This document shows, piece by piece, positions 19,159 through 28,678 of a DNA stretch of 64,000 nucleotides. Below the pieces are notes generated by a model that searched no databases, was not told the DNA's origin, and was given only the letters and a program-made list of their open reading frames with translations. The stretch is from Ignisphaera sp. (GTDB lineage Archaea; Thermoproteota; Thermoprotei_A; Sulfolobales; Ignisphaeraceae). Location: contig JAWASI010000001.1 in the NCBI GenBank assembly GCA_038892955.1, positions 48,841 to 112,840 on the forward strand, written 5' to 3'. Every line of letters starts with the position of its first letter. Positions within the stretch are counted from its first letter, which is position 1. Both the position numbers and the translations under genes were made by a program.

Positions 19159-20468
19159 AATGTACGCAGATACCATATGAACCTTTACGGGGGTTCAAGG
19201 ACTATACCCCTCCTGAAAGCGAGGTACTTTCGTGGATAATACAATCGTTCGTAGATACTGTTAAAAAATTTGGTTATAAAGAGATAAAAACACCTACAAT
19301 TGAAAGTTTTCAGTTATTTGCGTTAAAGTCTGGTGAAGAAATAAGAGAGTCGATGTTTGTTTTCAAGGATAAAGCGGGGAGAGAAGTAGCACTTAGACCC
19401 GAGATAACCCCTAGTGTTATAAGGGTTTACTTAAAAGAAATGAGGCACCTGCCTAAACCAATAAGAGTTTACTATGTTGGTAATGTATTCAGGTATGATG
19501 AACCTCAGTTTGGTAGGTACAGAGAGTTTACTCAAGCAGGTGTAGAAATCCTAGGAGCAGAAGGACTTCATTACGACGTAGAGCTTATAGAAATCTTAGA
19601 AGAATTCTACGACTTAATAGGTCTTAAGGGTAGGAAATATAAGGTGAACAATATAGCTATATTTAGAGAATTAGCAAAAAGATTAAGTATAGATGGTGCT
19701 GAACTAGATAGATTCCTACACTATTTAGACAAGGGTCTATACAGCAAAGCTGTAGAACTACTAATAAATAAAGGAGCTTATGAAGAGTCTAAGGTTATAG
19801 AGGAGTTAGCCTCTATAAAGGAACCTAGCGATAAAGTTGTCGTTATGAAAGAGATTTTGGCTAGGTTAAGTAATAATTCTGAATCGCTATTAAAACATAT
19901 ACTAACTCTGGAAAGGTATTTAGACATGATTAGAGGTATAGGGGTGGATGTAGTAGTAGAGCCTGCCTTTGCAAGAGGCATAGCGTACTATACTGATATA
20001 ATATTTGAGGTAATAGTGCCAGGGTTTCCAATAAGTATTGCTGGAGGTGGCAGATACGATAATTTAACAGAAGTATATGGAGGTGAAAATCTCCCTACAA
20101 CAGGGTTTGCTATAGGTGTTGAAAGAACTATGCTGGCTTTAGCTAGTAATAGAAGTGAATTACCAGTAAGTAAGTGTATAAGAATACTTTTTCTACTACT
20201 TACAGATGAACCTCAAGTATACGCTAGGGTGTATAACTTTGTTAAAGAACTTAGAAAGAACAATATCTATGTTCAATTCGAAATAACATCGCCAACTAAG
20301 TTAAGTAAATGGCTAGAGTATGCGTCTAAGAATTTTGTAGACTACATAGTAATCGTTGGTAAGAAAGAATTAGAATCCAACGTAGCTTCCGTTAGAGATA
20401 TGAAGAAATGGACTCAAAAAGTTGTACCACTTGATACACTTTCTAAGACCCTTACCTCAGGTGGGTAA
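19155..20468 (+). CDS. hisS: Histidyl-tRNA synthetase
   Basis: LRPEIT, FRYDEPQFGRYREFTQ, RGIAYYT, GGGRYD. Confidence 0.97.
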   Translation: MKCTQIPYEPLRGFKDYTPPESEVLSWIIQSFVDTVKKFGYKEIKTPTIESFQLFALKSGEEIRESMFVFKDKAGREVALRPEITPSVIRVYLKEMRHLPKPIRVYYVGNVFRYDEPQFGRYREFTQAGVEILGAEGLHYDVELIEILEEFYDLIGLKGRKYKVNNIAIFRELAKRLSIDGAELDRFLHYLDKGLYSKAVELLINKGAYEESKVIEELASIKEPSDKVVVMKEILARLSNNSESLLKHILTLERYLDMIRGIGVDVVVEPAFARGIAYYTDIIFEVIVPGFPISIAGGGRYDNLTEVYGGENLPTTGFAIGVERTMLALASNRSELPVSKCIRILFLLLTDEPQVYARVYNFVKELRKNNIYVQFEITSPTKLSKWLEYASKNFVDYIVIVGKKELESNVASVRDMKKWTQKVVPLDTLSKTLTSGG

Positions 20469-20473
20469 GAATT

Positions 20474-21400
20474 TTGAGCATAGAGAAAGTTAAAGATGTT
20501 AAGCTTTGGAAGAATATGGATATAAACGATCTAGTGAATGTGTACAAGGATATCCATGGATTTATGGCGGGCCACGTATATGAGGCTATTCAAGTCCTCA
20601 AGGAAATGAAAGAAAGGTGCGATACAAGGTTTATCAGCTTCACCGGTAATATTGTGGCTACAGGTGTTAGAGGCATTTTAGCGCAGATGATAGAGAATAA
20701 AGTATTCAATGTCGTTGTAACTACATGTGGTGCTATAGATCATGATATAGCTAAGAGTTTCGGCGGTACATACCTTAGGGGTTTCTTTGATGCAAATGAT
20801 GTTGAGCTTCATCGTAGGAATATACATAGGTTAGGAAACATATTTATACCTGTTGAGAGTTATGGGTATATAATAGAGAAAACCATTAGAAGTACATTAA
20901 ATGAGTTAGTAGCAAGCTATCCGGGTAAGGTGTGGAGCGTAAGGGAATTACTATACGAATTAGGTAGAAGGATAGAAGATGAATACTCAATCCTTAGAGC
21001 AGCCTATAGAGCTAATATACCTGTATACGTACCGGGTTTCCTAGATGGTGCCTTTGGTACAGCGCTGTTTATGTTTAAGCAGTTCAATAAATTTGACGTA
21101 GATGTATTTGCTGATGAAAAGGAGCTAGCAGATATTGTGTTCAGGTCCAGGTGTCTAGGCGCACTTATAATTGGTGGAGGCATAAGTAAGCATCATACGC
21201 TTTGGTGGTCTCAATTCAAAGAGGGGTTAGAATACGTGGTTTACATAACCACAGCTGTAGAGTGGGATGGCTCGCTTAGTGGCGCAAGACCTCATGAAGC
21301 TATAAGCTGGGGTAAAGTTAAGGAAAAATCTAAGAAAGTTGTCATATATGCCGATGCAACCATAGTATTACCTATAATAGCTTACAGTATTATATTCTAG
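20474..21400 (+). CDS. dys: Deoxyhypusine synthase
   Basis: SFTGNIVATG, GGGISKHH, DGSLSGARPHEAISWGK. Confidence 0.96.
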   Translation: MSIEKVKDVKLWKNMDINDLVNVYKDIHGFMAGHVYEAIQVLKEMKERCDTRFISFTGNIVATGVRGILAQMIENKVFNVVVTTCGAIDHDIAKSFGGTYLRGFFDANDVELHRRNIHRLGNIFIPVESYGYIIEKTIRSTLNELVASYPGKVWSVRELLYELGRRIEDEYSILRAAYRANIPVYVPGFLDGAFGTALFMFKQFNKFDVDVFADEKELADIVFRSRCLGALIIGGGISKHHTLWWSQFKEGLEYVVYITTAVEWDGSLSGARPHEAISWGKVKEKSKKVVIYADATIVLPIIAYSIIF

Positions 21401-21556
21401 TAACTACTTAGCGTATTTACGTAAAGAAATGTTTATTTACGCTAGGCTTATAAATGTGTAGTGATCTAAGGTAACACTATTTATAGGATCTGTGAAAGAT
21501 TAGTTATTTACTTAGGTAAAAATAGCTAATATAATAGCTGTTAATGGAGTACCAAG

Positions 21557-23146
21557 ATGAGTGCAACTACCCCGGAGAAGTTTAGAAGTATAAGTCCTGC
21601 AGAATTCTTTTATCGAAATAAAGAGATAGCGGGTTTTTCAAATCCTGCGAGAGCGTTGTATCAATCAGTAAGAGAGTTAGTGGAAAATGCGCTCGATGCT
21701 ACAGATGGGCACGGGATTCTTCCTAACATAGAGATTTCTATAGATAAGCATACAGAAAAACCCTTTGTATATCGGGTAACAGTAAAGGATAACGGTATAG
21801 GTATACCTGGGGAATATATACCTGAAGCCTTTGGCAGAGTTCTTTTTAGCTCTAAATATGTATTACGTCAATCAAGAGGTCTTTTTGGATTAGGGGCAAA
21901 AATGGTCGTTCTCTATGGTCAAATCACCGTAGGTGAACCAGCAGAAATCATATCAGCTACTATAGGCTCTAAAAAGGTGTACATGTATAAAGTAGCTATA
22001 GATATAAAGGAAAACAAACCCATTATTATACACAAAGCTGTAAGTCTAAACAATACAAATTGGCATGGAACTATTGTCCGGGTATCTATTGAAGGTGATT
22101 GGGGTAGAGCTAAGCAAAAAGTAATAGACTATATAAGGAGAACAGCGATAGTAACCCCTTATGCCGATATAACCTTCAAATCACCTGAAGGGGAGATATA
22201 CGTATACCCTAGGGTTGTAGACAAAGTTCCCCCACCTCCTAAGGAGATGAAACCTCATCCGCATGGCGTAGACGTAGAGATGCTAAAGACAATGATATCA
22301 GAGACTAAGGTAAGCAATCTAGCAGAGTTTTTAGCTATAGAGTTCCAGGGAATAGGAGAGGTTACGGCACAGAGGTTCCTTCAGCTCCACGGTTTTAACC
22401 CTAATACGAACGTTAAAGATCTCACGTCTGAAGATATAGAAAAGCTGGTTAAAGCATTAAGGGAATTCAATGAGCTTAGAAAACCAAGAGCTGATCATCT
22501 TTCACCTATAGGAGCTGAATTGATAAAGATAGGTCTTAAACAGATACTCAAACCAGAGTTTGTTGATAGTGTAACTAGGAAACCTGTTGTATACGAAGGC
22601 CATGCATTGATAGTTGAGGTAGGTATTGGGTACGGAGGGGCAATACAACCTTGTGAACAACCTATACTTCTCAGATATGCTAACAAAATTCCACTACTAT
22701 ACGATGAGAAAAGCGATGTTTCTTGGAAAGTTGTATCGGAAAACATAGACTGGAGATACTACGAAATAGAGTTTCCAGCTCCAATAGCTATATTAGTTCA
22801 TGTGTGTGGAACTAAGATACCATATAAAGGTGTTGGGAAGGAGAGTATAGCCGACGTACCTGTACTTGAGCATGAGATAGAGGAAGGTATAAGGCATGTT
22901 GCTAGATCCCTAAAACAGTACTTGGCAAAGAAGCAGAGGGAAGAGGAGGCCATGAGGAAGGCATATTCAATACTAAAGTACATCCCTGAAATTGCTTCAG
23001 CATTAGCTGTTTTCGCGTCATCTAATCCGGAAAAAGTTGATGCTAGCATATTTGAGGACAAACTTTTCCAGATGGTTAAAGCTAAGTATGGAGAGGTACT
23101 CAAATCTATATCGTCTATAAGAGATATTGTTGTGTTTACTGAGTAG
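21557..23146 (+). CDS. top6B: DNA topoisomerase VI subunit B
   Basis: ELVENALDA, DNGIGI, QSRGLFGLG, RYANKIPL. Confidence 0.97.
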   Translation: MSATTPEKFRSISPAEFFYRNKEIAGFSNPARALYQSVRELVENALDATDGHGILPNIEISIDKHTEKPFVYRVTVKDNGIGIPGEYIPEAFGRVLFSSKYVLRQSRGLFGLGAKMVVLYGQITVGEPAEIISATIGSKKVYMYKVAIDIKENKPIIIHKAVSLNNTNWHGTIVRVSIEGDWGRAKQKVIDYIRRTAIVTPYADITFKSPEGEIYVYPRVVDKVPPPPKEMKPHPHGVDVEMLKTMISETKVSNLAEFLAIEFQGIGEVTAQRFLQLHGFNPNTNVKDLTSEDIEKLVKALREFNELRKPRADHLSPIGAELIKIGLKQILKPEFVDSVTRKPVVYEGHALIVEVGIGYGGAIQPCEQPILLRYANKIPLLYDEKSDVSWKVVSENIDWRYYEIEFPAPIAILVHVCGTKIPYKGVGKESIADVPVLEHEIEEGIRHVARSLKQYLAKKQREEEAMRKAYSILKYIPEIASALAVFASSNPEKVDASIFEDKLFQMVKAKYGEVLKSISSIRDIVVFTE

Positions 23147-23161
23147 CTATGGGTGTAAGCT

Positions 23162-24328
23162 TTGGCAGAAATAACGTTTACGTCTAAAGTAGATCAGAAA
23201 GCAAGGACAGCAGCAGCCGAAAGGTTGAAGGAGAGGTTTTTTGAGCTTGCAAAAACCGTATTAAACGATGAAGAGCCCCGGATGATTATACCTAAGAGAA
23301 CTTTATCTAATACAATATATGATAAAGAGAGAAAGTTACTACTTCTGGGACCCGAGGTTTTCGAAAGGAGGTTCTTAGATGTTCGCGAATCTAGGAAATT
23401 CATGCAAACACTTCTTTTAAGCAAAATCATTTACGAAGCACTTAGGAATAATGAGTACCCAACAATAAGAGATCTCTACTACAGAGGTAAACATACAATT
23501 CGTTATAGATCATATAGAAGAACCATTGAGGAAGAGAATACATGGGATGAACAAAAAGAAAGCGACGCAGTTCTTAGGGATATAGAGGTTTATGTAGGTC
23601 TTCTAAGGGAAGATATGCTTATTCTAAGTAAGGAGAAAGGTAAGGTCGTAGGAGATATGAGGATAAGGTCTGGGGATGATATTATAGATTTAAGCAAGAT
23701 GGGTCACGGTGCGTACGCTATAGAACCTACACCTGATCTTATAGAGTTCCTAGATGTAAACGCAGAGTTCGTATTAGTTGTAGAAAAGGATGCTGTTTTT
23801 CAGCAATTACATAGAGCAGGTTTTTGGAAGAAATACAAAGCTATATTAATTACGAGTGCAGGTCAACCGGATAGAGCTACGAGGAGATTTTTACGTAGAC
23901 TAAGCGAAGAATTGAAGCTTCCTGTATATATATTGACGGATGCAGATCCTTATGGATGGTACATATACAGCGTATTTAAGATAGGCTCTATCACTCTATC
24001 CTACGAATCTGAAAGATTGGCAACACCCTCAGCTAAGTTCTTAGGCGTTAGCATGACAGATATCTTCGGGGATAGAAACAAAAAACCGTATTTGAGTGAA
24101 GCTGAACGCAGAAACTTCATAATTAAGGCAAAGAAAACAGACTTAAAAAGAGCTCAAGAGTTACTAAATTATGAATGGTTTAAAACAGAGAAATGGGTTA
24201 AAGAGATAAACATATTTCTAGAGAAGCATAGTAAACTGGAAATAGAGGCGTTAACAGGCAAAGGTCTTTACTTCCTCATGGACACGTATATACCAACAAA
24301 AGTACAAACCAGCGACTTCATAGACTAG
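23162..24328 (+). CDS. top6A: DNA topoisomerase VI subunit A
   Basis: TIRDLYY, VEKDAVF, TDADPYG. Confidence 0.97.
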   Translation: MAEITFTSKVDQKARTAAAERLKERFFELAKTVLNDEEPRMIIPKRTLSNTIYDKERKLLLLGPEVFERRFLDVRESRKFMQTLLLSKIIYEALRNNEYPTIRDLYYRGKHTIRYRSYRRTIEEENTWDEQKESDAVLRDIEVYVGLLREDMLILSKEKGKVVGDMRIRSGDDIIDLSKMGHGAYAIEPTPDLIEFLDVNAEFVLVVEKDAVFQQLHRAGFWKKYKAILITSAGQPDRATRRFLRRLSEELKLPVYILTDADPYGWYIYSVFKIGSITLSYESERLATPSAKFLGVSMTDIFGDRNKKPYLSEAERRNFIIKAKKTDLKRAQELLNYEWFKTEKWVKEINIFLEKHSKLEIEALTGKGLYFLMDTYIPTKVQTSDFID

Positions 24329-24384
24329 AAACGCTAACGTGTAAAAAGATTTTAAATTTGCAGTAAAGTTAACACTATATGAAT

Positions 24385-24485
24385 GCCGCCGTAGCTCAGC
24401 TGGGAGAGCGCCCGGCTGAAGAAAGTTTGAAGAAGCTGGGTCGTCAGATACCGGGAAGTCGGGGGTTCAAGTCCCCCCGGCGGCA
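24385..24485 (+). tRNA. tRNA-Phe(GAA) with 28-nt intron at 37/38 (24422-24449)
   Basis: GCCGCCG acceptor stem, CCCGG CT-GAA-G[intron]A CCGGG, TTCAAGT T-loop. Confidence 0.93.
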
Positions 24486-24501
24486 CTACACCATAACATG
24501 A

Positions 24502-24608
24502 GCCGGGGTGGCCGAGAGGTCTAAGGCGGCGGGCTGCAGTGGTTTCCGGCGATCCGCTCAGCGAAGAGACCCGTTAATCCCCGGGTTCGAATCCCGGCCC
24601 CGGCTCCA
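24502..24608 (+). tRNA. tRNA-Cys(GCA) with ~29-nt anticodon-loop intron (24540-24568), encoded CCA
   Basis: GCCGGGG/CCCCGGC-T-CCA, GCGGG CT-GCA-G[intron]A CCCGT. Confidence 0.9.
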
Positions 24609-24719
24609 CTTTTAGCTCTTGATTTTCTATAATAAGTGTACAATAATAAACTCGATAAACATGTGAAGAAGCAGATAAACTTAAATCCTTGGTTATATTA
24701 TTTGCGTAGTAAATAGTGT

Positions 24720-24793
24720 GGGCCCGTCGTCTAGCCTGGTAGGACGCCGCCCTTACGAGGCGGAGGTCCGGGGTTCGAATCCCCGCGGGCCCA
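24720..24793 (+). tRNA. tRNA-Val(TAC)
   Basis: Identical to the tRNA-Val at 12548 except at the wobble base. Confidence 0.97.
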
Positions 24794-24963
24794 CTATCGC
24801 TAACTTATACACATTTATACACATTATTTTACCCTACATTACAAAAGTTATAAGGATTCAATTTGATTGTGTTTCTAAGCTTGTTACAAAGGATTCAATT
24901 TAACGAATACTACTTGGATGTACTTAGCAATTTGCAACTCTTTAGATCAACACGTGATGAGAT

Positions 24964-25524
24964 TTATATTAGTTTAACGCTTCTTAATCTATCTATTATG
25001 TAATGCTTATCCTCTTCATAAAAAGCAAGTAAACCTTCAATCAACGATTTATCTATATTTATTGAACCTTCTTCTACCATGTACTTTAACATTGATAGTT
25101 CAGCGATATCTTTGCCCGAGCCTCTGCGTGCTTTGAATACTATCCAGCATTCTGGTGCTACATAGTATACACTGGTGTTATTTATATCAATGCTTCTCTT
25201 ACATAGGTCTAGAGCTTCAATCGGTATATAGAAATCCATTATGTTTTCGTAAAGCTCTATTGTTATTTCGGTATCGTCGATATTCATAGTAATAGATGGT
25301 GTACCGAGATCCGTTGTACCTGTTAGCCATCCTTGCATATACGCTATTTGCCTAATCCTAGTTTCTTCGAGTAGTGGACTTAGAGATGTTACGAACAAAT
25401 CTATATCTCCTTCGCTAGGCCTCTCTAATATTATGTCGATGCATGTGCTACCAATTATTACACCATCTATGTTGAACGCTCTTAACTGTGTTAAAGCTTT
25501 AGCTATGTGTTTAAGCGTATACGT
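24964..25524 (-). CDS. Nucleotidyltransferase-family protein (start uncertain, frame open to 25545)
   Basis: The frame upstream of the called TTG encodes VIIGST...EGDIDLF (pol-beta NTase motif); C-terminal KARRG..KD. Confidence 0.75.
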   Translation of the reverse strand, partial: TYTLKHIAKALTQLRAFNIDGVIIGSTCIDIILERPSEGDIDLFVTSLSPLLEETRIRQIAYMQGWLTGTTDLGTPSITMNIDDTEITIELYENIMDFYIPIEALDLCKRSIDINNTSVYYVAPECWIVFKARRGSGKDIAELSMLKYMVEEGSINIDKSLIEGLLAFYEEDKHYIIDRLRSVKLI

Positions 25525-25534
25525 TTCTAAACAC

Positions 25535-25705
25535 CTAGCCTTTCTTTACAGGTAACGCCTTCTTCTTAGGTCTTAGATTATCGCTTTTACACCTTCTACA
25601 CCTAGTAGCTGAAGGTGGATTTAATGCCCCACAATTTCTGCACACCTTTTTATTAAGTAGCCTTTTTTCTACGATCTTTATTAGTTCAGGATCAGCTAAA
25701 GGCAT
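25535..25705 (-). CDS. rpl40e: 50S ribosomal protein L40e (not in the ORF track)
   Basis: [56 protein letters not shown]. Confidence 0.95.
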   Translation of the reverse strand: MPLADPELIKIVEKRLLNKKVCRNCGALNPPSATRCRRCKSDNLRPKKKALPVKKG

Positions 25706-25852
25706 GGCATTTCACACTTTTATGCAACACTATTGCGACTTTCGTATCACTATTAGAGGACTTAAATTTATAAGCTGAACGTCTAGAAAGGCTATGTCGA
25801 GAGGAATCAAATACCTAGTAAATTGAGAAGATTGCTGGGGGACTGTAGAAGA

Positions 25853-26365
25853 ATGAGAATACCATTGGATGTTATATGTGTTAGAAGTGGTGTGTTATGT
25901 CCGAGGTGTAGAAGAATAATTGAAGGTGGGGAACATTCAGAAATAGAAGTTGATATCATGAAGCATCTTCTGGAGCTTGAGAATGATAGCAACTTTAAAT
26001 TCCTTAAAAATGCAAGTTATATTAAAAGCTATAAAGTTGATTCCGCAGTCATAGTAGTGCTAGATATACCTGAAACTGTTTCAAGGCTTAGCATAATTAG
26101 GTTAGCTAAAGCACTAGAGGAAAAATTGGGGTTAAAGATAAGAATCGTGCAAAAAACATCGGATCCCAAGTCGTTTATACTGCAACTCATATCACCTGCT
26201 CGTATACAAGGAATAGATAGTGTATGGACTCCTGATGGTTCTGTGCAACACATTGTTAGAATACCTAAATCTGATGCAAAACTATTGCCTCTAAGGATAG
26301 ATGTATTAGAAAATTTATTGAGCTCTATATATAATGAAGTATATAGAATTAAAATTAGCTACTGA
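25853..26365 (+). CDS. NusA-like KH-domain transcription factor paralogue
   Basis: MRIPLD.IC.RSG.LC.RC, LISPARIQG...VW.PDG. Confidence 0.75.
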   Translation: MRIPLDVICVRSGVLCPRCRRIIEGGEHSEIEVDIMKHLLELENDSNFKFLKNASYIKSYKVDSAVIVVLDIPETVSRLSIIRLAKALEEKLGLKIRIVQKTSDPKSFILQLISPARIQGIDSVWTPDGSVQHIVRIPKSDAKLLPLRIDVLENLLSSIYNEVYRIKISY

Positions 26366-26379
26366 CTAAAGCTACTAAG

Positions 26380-27444
26380 TTAACTTCTTGATCGTCTAAA
26401 CCATTGATCGAGTGATGTAGGAGCACTTCTTAAATATTCTCGATATGCTTTCTCAAATCGTTTTAAAGCATTTTCTACTCTATCAAGTGAAAAATCGTGT
26501 TCTTTTACCAATATCTGTACTATAGCATTCTTATCTGGGTCGTTCCATTCAAGTTTATCTACGTCTATCACGGGAGGCTTTAAGAAGTACTCCCTTATTT
26601 TAAGAGGATCCTCTGGAAATTTTGCGTTGGGTAAAATGCGTAGAGCTTTTTCAAGAGATCCATGTGTTTTTATCAGTTGTAGCGCTGTTTTAGGCCCAAT
26701 ACCTTCTACGCCATCGGGGTTATAGTCTGTGCCAATTAATATCGCTACATCTATTAATTGATCTAATGTTATTCCCAAAGCTTTAAGTATTTTATCTAAT
26801 TCTATTAATTCTGGTTTCACATCTACGTAGATATCTCTACCTGGGAGTTTCCTCTTCCCGGTTATAGTCAAATTTCGTATAAGTCTTGGGGAACCAAATA
26901 AGAGAGAATCATAATCCTGACTACCTGTAGCCCATGAAACCCCCTTTTTTGTTAAGTAGGCAGCCTGAGCTTCACCTTCGCTTAGTGCTTGCACATAGGG
27001 GATACCCATAGCATCAAGCAATCTCTTAGCATCTCTAACCATAGACTCTGTAAGGTATATTGCTTGTACAGCATATTTAGCTGCTTCATGGATTACACCT
27101 TCGCTATATGCTTTAGCCGCCATTTCAGCAGCTTTTTCTTTTCTTATACGTCTTTTCTCTAATTCTTGTTTTTTAATTTCAAGTGGTTTACCGTCAAATA
27201 CATAAACAGGTTTTATACCATTTTCTACAAGGTTTATGGTTCTATAGAATAGTCCGCTTAAGTGGCTTGTAATATTACCTTTGCTATCCATAAGAGGAGT
27301 TCCATCAAGTTGCCTTATTGCGGCTAAGAATTGATATAAAGCATTGTAAGCATCTAATGCGATGACCTTTCGTGCAAGAATTCTTAGATCATCTATTTCT
27401 TGACGACAGCTAGATGTAATTAAATCTCTTAGATTAACACCCAT
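26380..27444 (-). CDS. fen: Flap endonuclease 1
   Basis: DAYNALYQFL, EGEAQAA, SQDYDSLLFG, GTDYN, C-terminal PIP-like TSLDQWF. Confidence 0.97.
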   Translation of the reverse strand: MGVNLRDLITSSCRQEIDDLRILARKVIALDAYNALYQFLAAIRQLDGTPLMDSKGNITSHLSGLFYRTINLVENGIKPVYVFDGKPLEIKKQELEKRRIRKEKAAEMAAKAYSEGVIHEAAKYAVQAIYLTESMVRDAKRLLDAMGIPYVQALSEGEAQAAYLTKKGVSWATGSQDYDSLLFGSPRLIRNLTITGKRKLPGRDIYVDVKPELIELDKILKALGITLDQLIDVAILIGTDYNPDGVEGIGPKTALQLIKTHGSLEKALRILPNAKFPEDPLKIREYFLKPPVIDVDKLEWNDPDKNAIVQILVKEHDFSLDRVENALKRFEKAYREYLRSAPTSLDQWFRRSRS

Positions 27445-27500
27445 TAATATTCGCCACAGAGGTATTCCGTAGATTACTAATAATATTTTGCGTTAAGAAC

Positions 27501-27710
27501 CTAAAATTTTTTAAGTATGACTATGTAATCTTTGCCTTCGTATACTGTTACAATACCCTCTATTTCAAGTTGCATTAAAAGTGATAACAGTTGATTGTAA
27601 GAGATATTGAATTCCTTAGATAATAATTCATACAATTCTTTGTCTGTAGCTTTCACTTTACTTTTGAGGTATTCAATAATTTTAAACGCAATTTTTCTTT
27701 TTGTAAACAC
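27501..27710 (-). CDS. Small winged-helix protein
   Basis: wHTH-like pattern LMQLEIEGIVTV; in an operon with ef1b. Confidence 0.6.
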   Translation of the reverse strand: MFTKRKIAFKIIEYLKSKVKATDKELYELLSKEFNISYNQLLSLLMQLEIEGIVTVYEGKDYIVILKKF

Positions 27711-27722
27711 TTTACCTAGACC

Positions 27723-28004
27723 TTATGTGCTGAGCCTTGTAAGATAAATAACATCAACATTATCTATAGCATTAACGCTCTTTATAGTCTCTTCAACTAT
27801 GTCAGTACCCCCTTCTTGCTCTTCTGGCATAATTATATAGAGATCTAGGGCTTTATAGCCAAAGGCTATTTCAGATGCTTCCCACTTCATTAATGTGAAG
27901 CCTTTTTCTTTAAGTTTTGCATCTATTTCTGTTACTAGATCATCAAAATTGTTGAGGAGCTCTTTAGGATAAGCCCTTATAACTACTAAAACAGCTGCTG
28001 TCAT
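27723..28004 (-). CDS. ef1b: Elongation factor 1-beta
   Basis: IAFGYKAL, EGGTD; AGGTGA SD before ATG at 28004. Confidence 0.93.
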   Translation of the reverse strand: MTAAVLVVIRAYPKELLNNFDDLVTEIDAKLKEKGFTLMKWEASEIAFGYKALDLYIIMPEEQEGGTDIVEETIKSVNAIDNVDVIYLTRLST

Positions 28005-28017
28005 AGATCGATCACCT

Positions 28018-28221
28018 TTAAGGACCTTCAAACCCACAGTTTGGACATTTATAGGGTACATTTGATGTTCTACACCTTTGGCAACGCCATATTACTACAA
28101 TGCCACAGTTTGGACATTTAAAGCTAGTTGCCTTTTCGTAAGGTGTTATTGTTTTTTTACAACATGTACAGATTCTTATGGGTGCTGCTTCATGGATTAC
28201 TGGTAAAGTTGTTACACTCAT
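28018..28221 (-). CDS. Zn-ribbon protein (DUF1610/HVO_2753 family)
   Basis: CTCC...FKCPNCG...RCQRCR...[11 protein letters not shown]. Confidence 0.88.
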   Translation of the reverse strand: MSVTTLPVIHEAAPIRICTCCKKTITPYEKATSFKCPNCGIVVIWRCQRCRTSNVPYKCPNCGFEGP

Positions 28222-28309
28222 TATTAGTGTCACCGCCGTTTTCCATGTATATGGGGAGCGAGAATATAAGCTTGATAGAGTGTAACTCTGCAATTATTAT
28301 GGGTTTGAT

Positions 28310-28675
28310 ATGAAGAGAGAATACAAACAAATAATAGTTATTAGAACTGATATAAAGATGAGTAAAGGCAAGTTAGCAGTCCAGGTGGCACATGCTGCTG
28401 TAGAGGCCGTTATGAAATGTCTTGAGATGTCCACATGTAGAGAAAATGTATACATTTGGAGATCTCAAGGTCAGAAGAAAATAGTTGTTAAAGTTAAATC
28501 TTTAGACGAAATACTTAAGATTAAAAAGGATGCCGAGGAACTGGGCCTAGTAACAGCATTAATAGCTGATGCAGGCTTAACAGAACTTCCTCCAGGAACT
28601 ATAACTGCTTTAGCTCTTGGACCTGCACCATCAGATTTAATCGATAAAGTTACAGGGTCGTTACCGTTATTGTAA
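28310..28675 (+). CDS. pth: Peptidyl-tRNA hydrolase Pth2
   Basis: [26 protein letters not shown]. Confidence 0.95.
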   Translation: MKREYKQIIVIRTDIKMSKGKLAVQVAHAAVEAVMKCLEMSTCRENVYIWRSQGQKKIVVKVKSLDEILKIKKDAEELGLVTALIADAGLTELPPGTITALALGPAPSDLIDKVTGSLPLL

Positions 28676-28678
28676 ACT

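Noticed and set aside
12548-24793. Two near-identical tRNA-Val copies as att sites of an integrated element
   Set aside because: Both are full-length isoacceptors in inverted orientation, enclose core genes, and no integrase is present.
24718-24903. 61-aa ORF
   Set aside because: Coincides with tRNA-Val(TAC).
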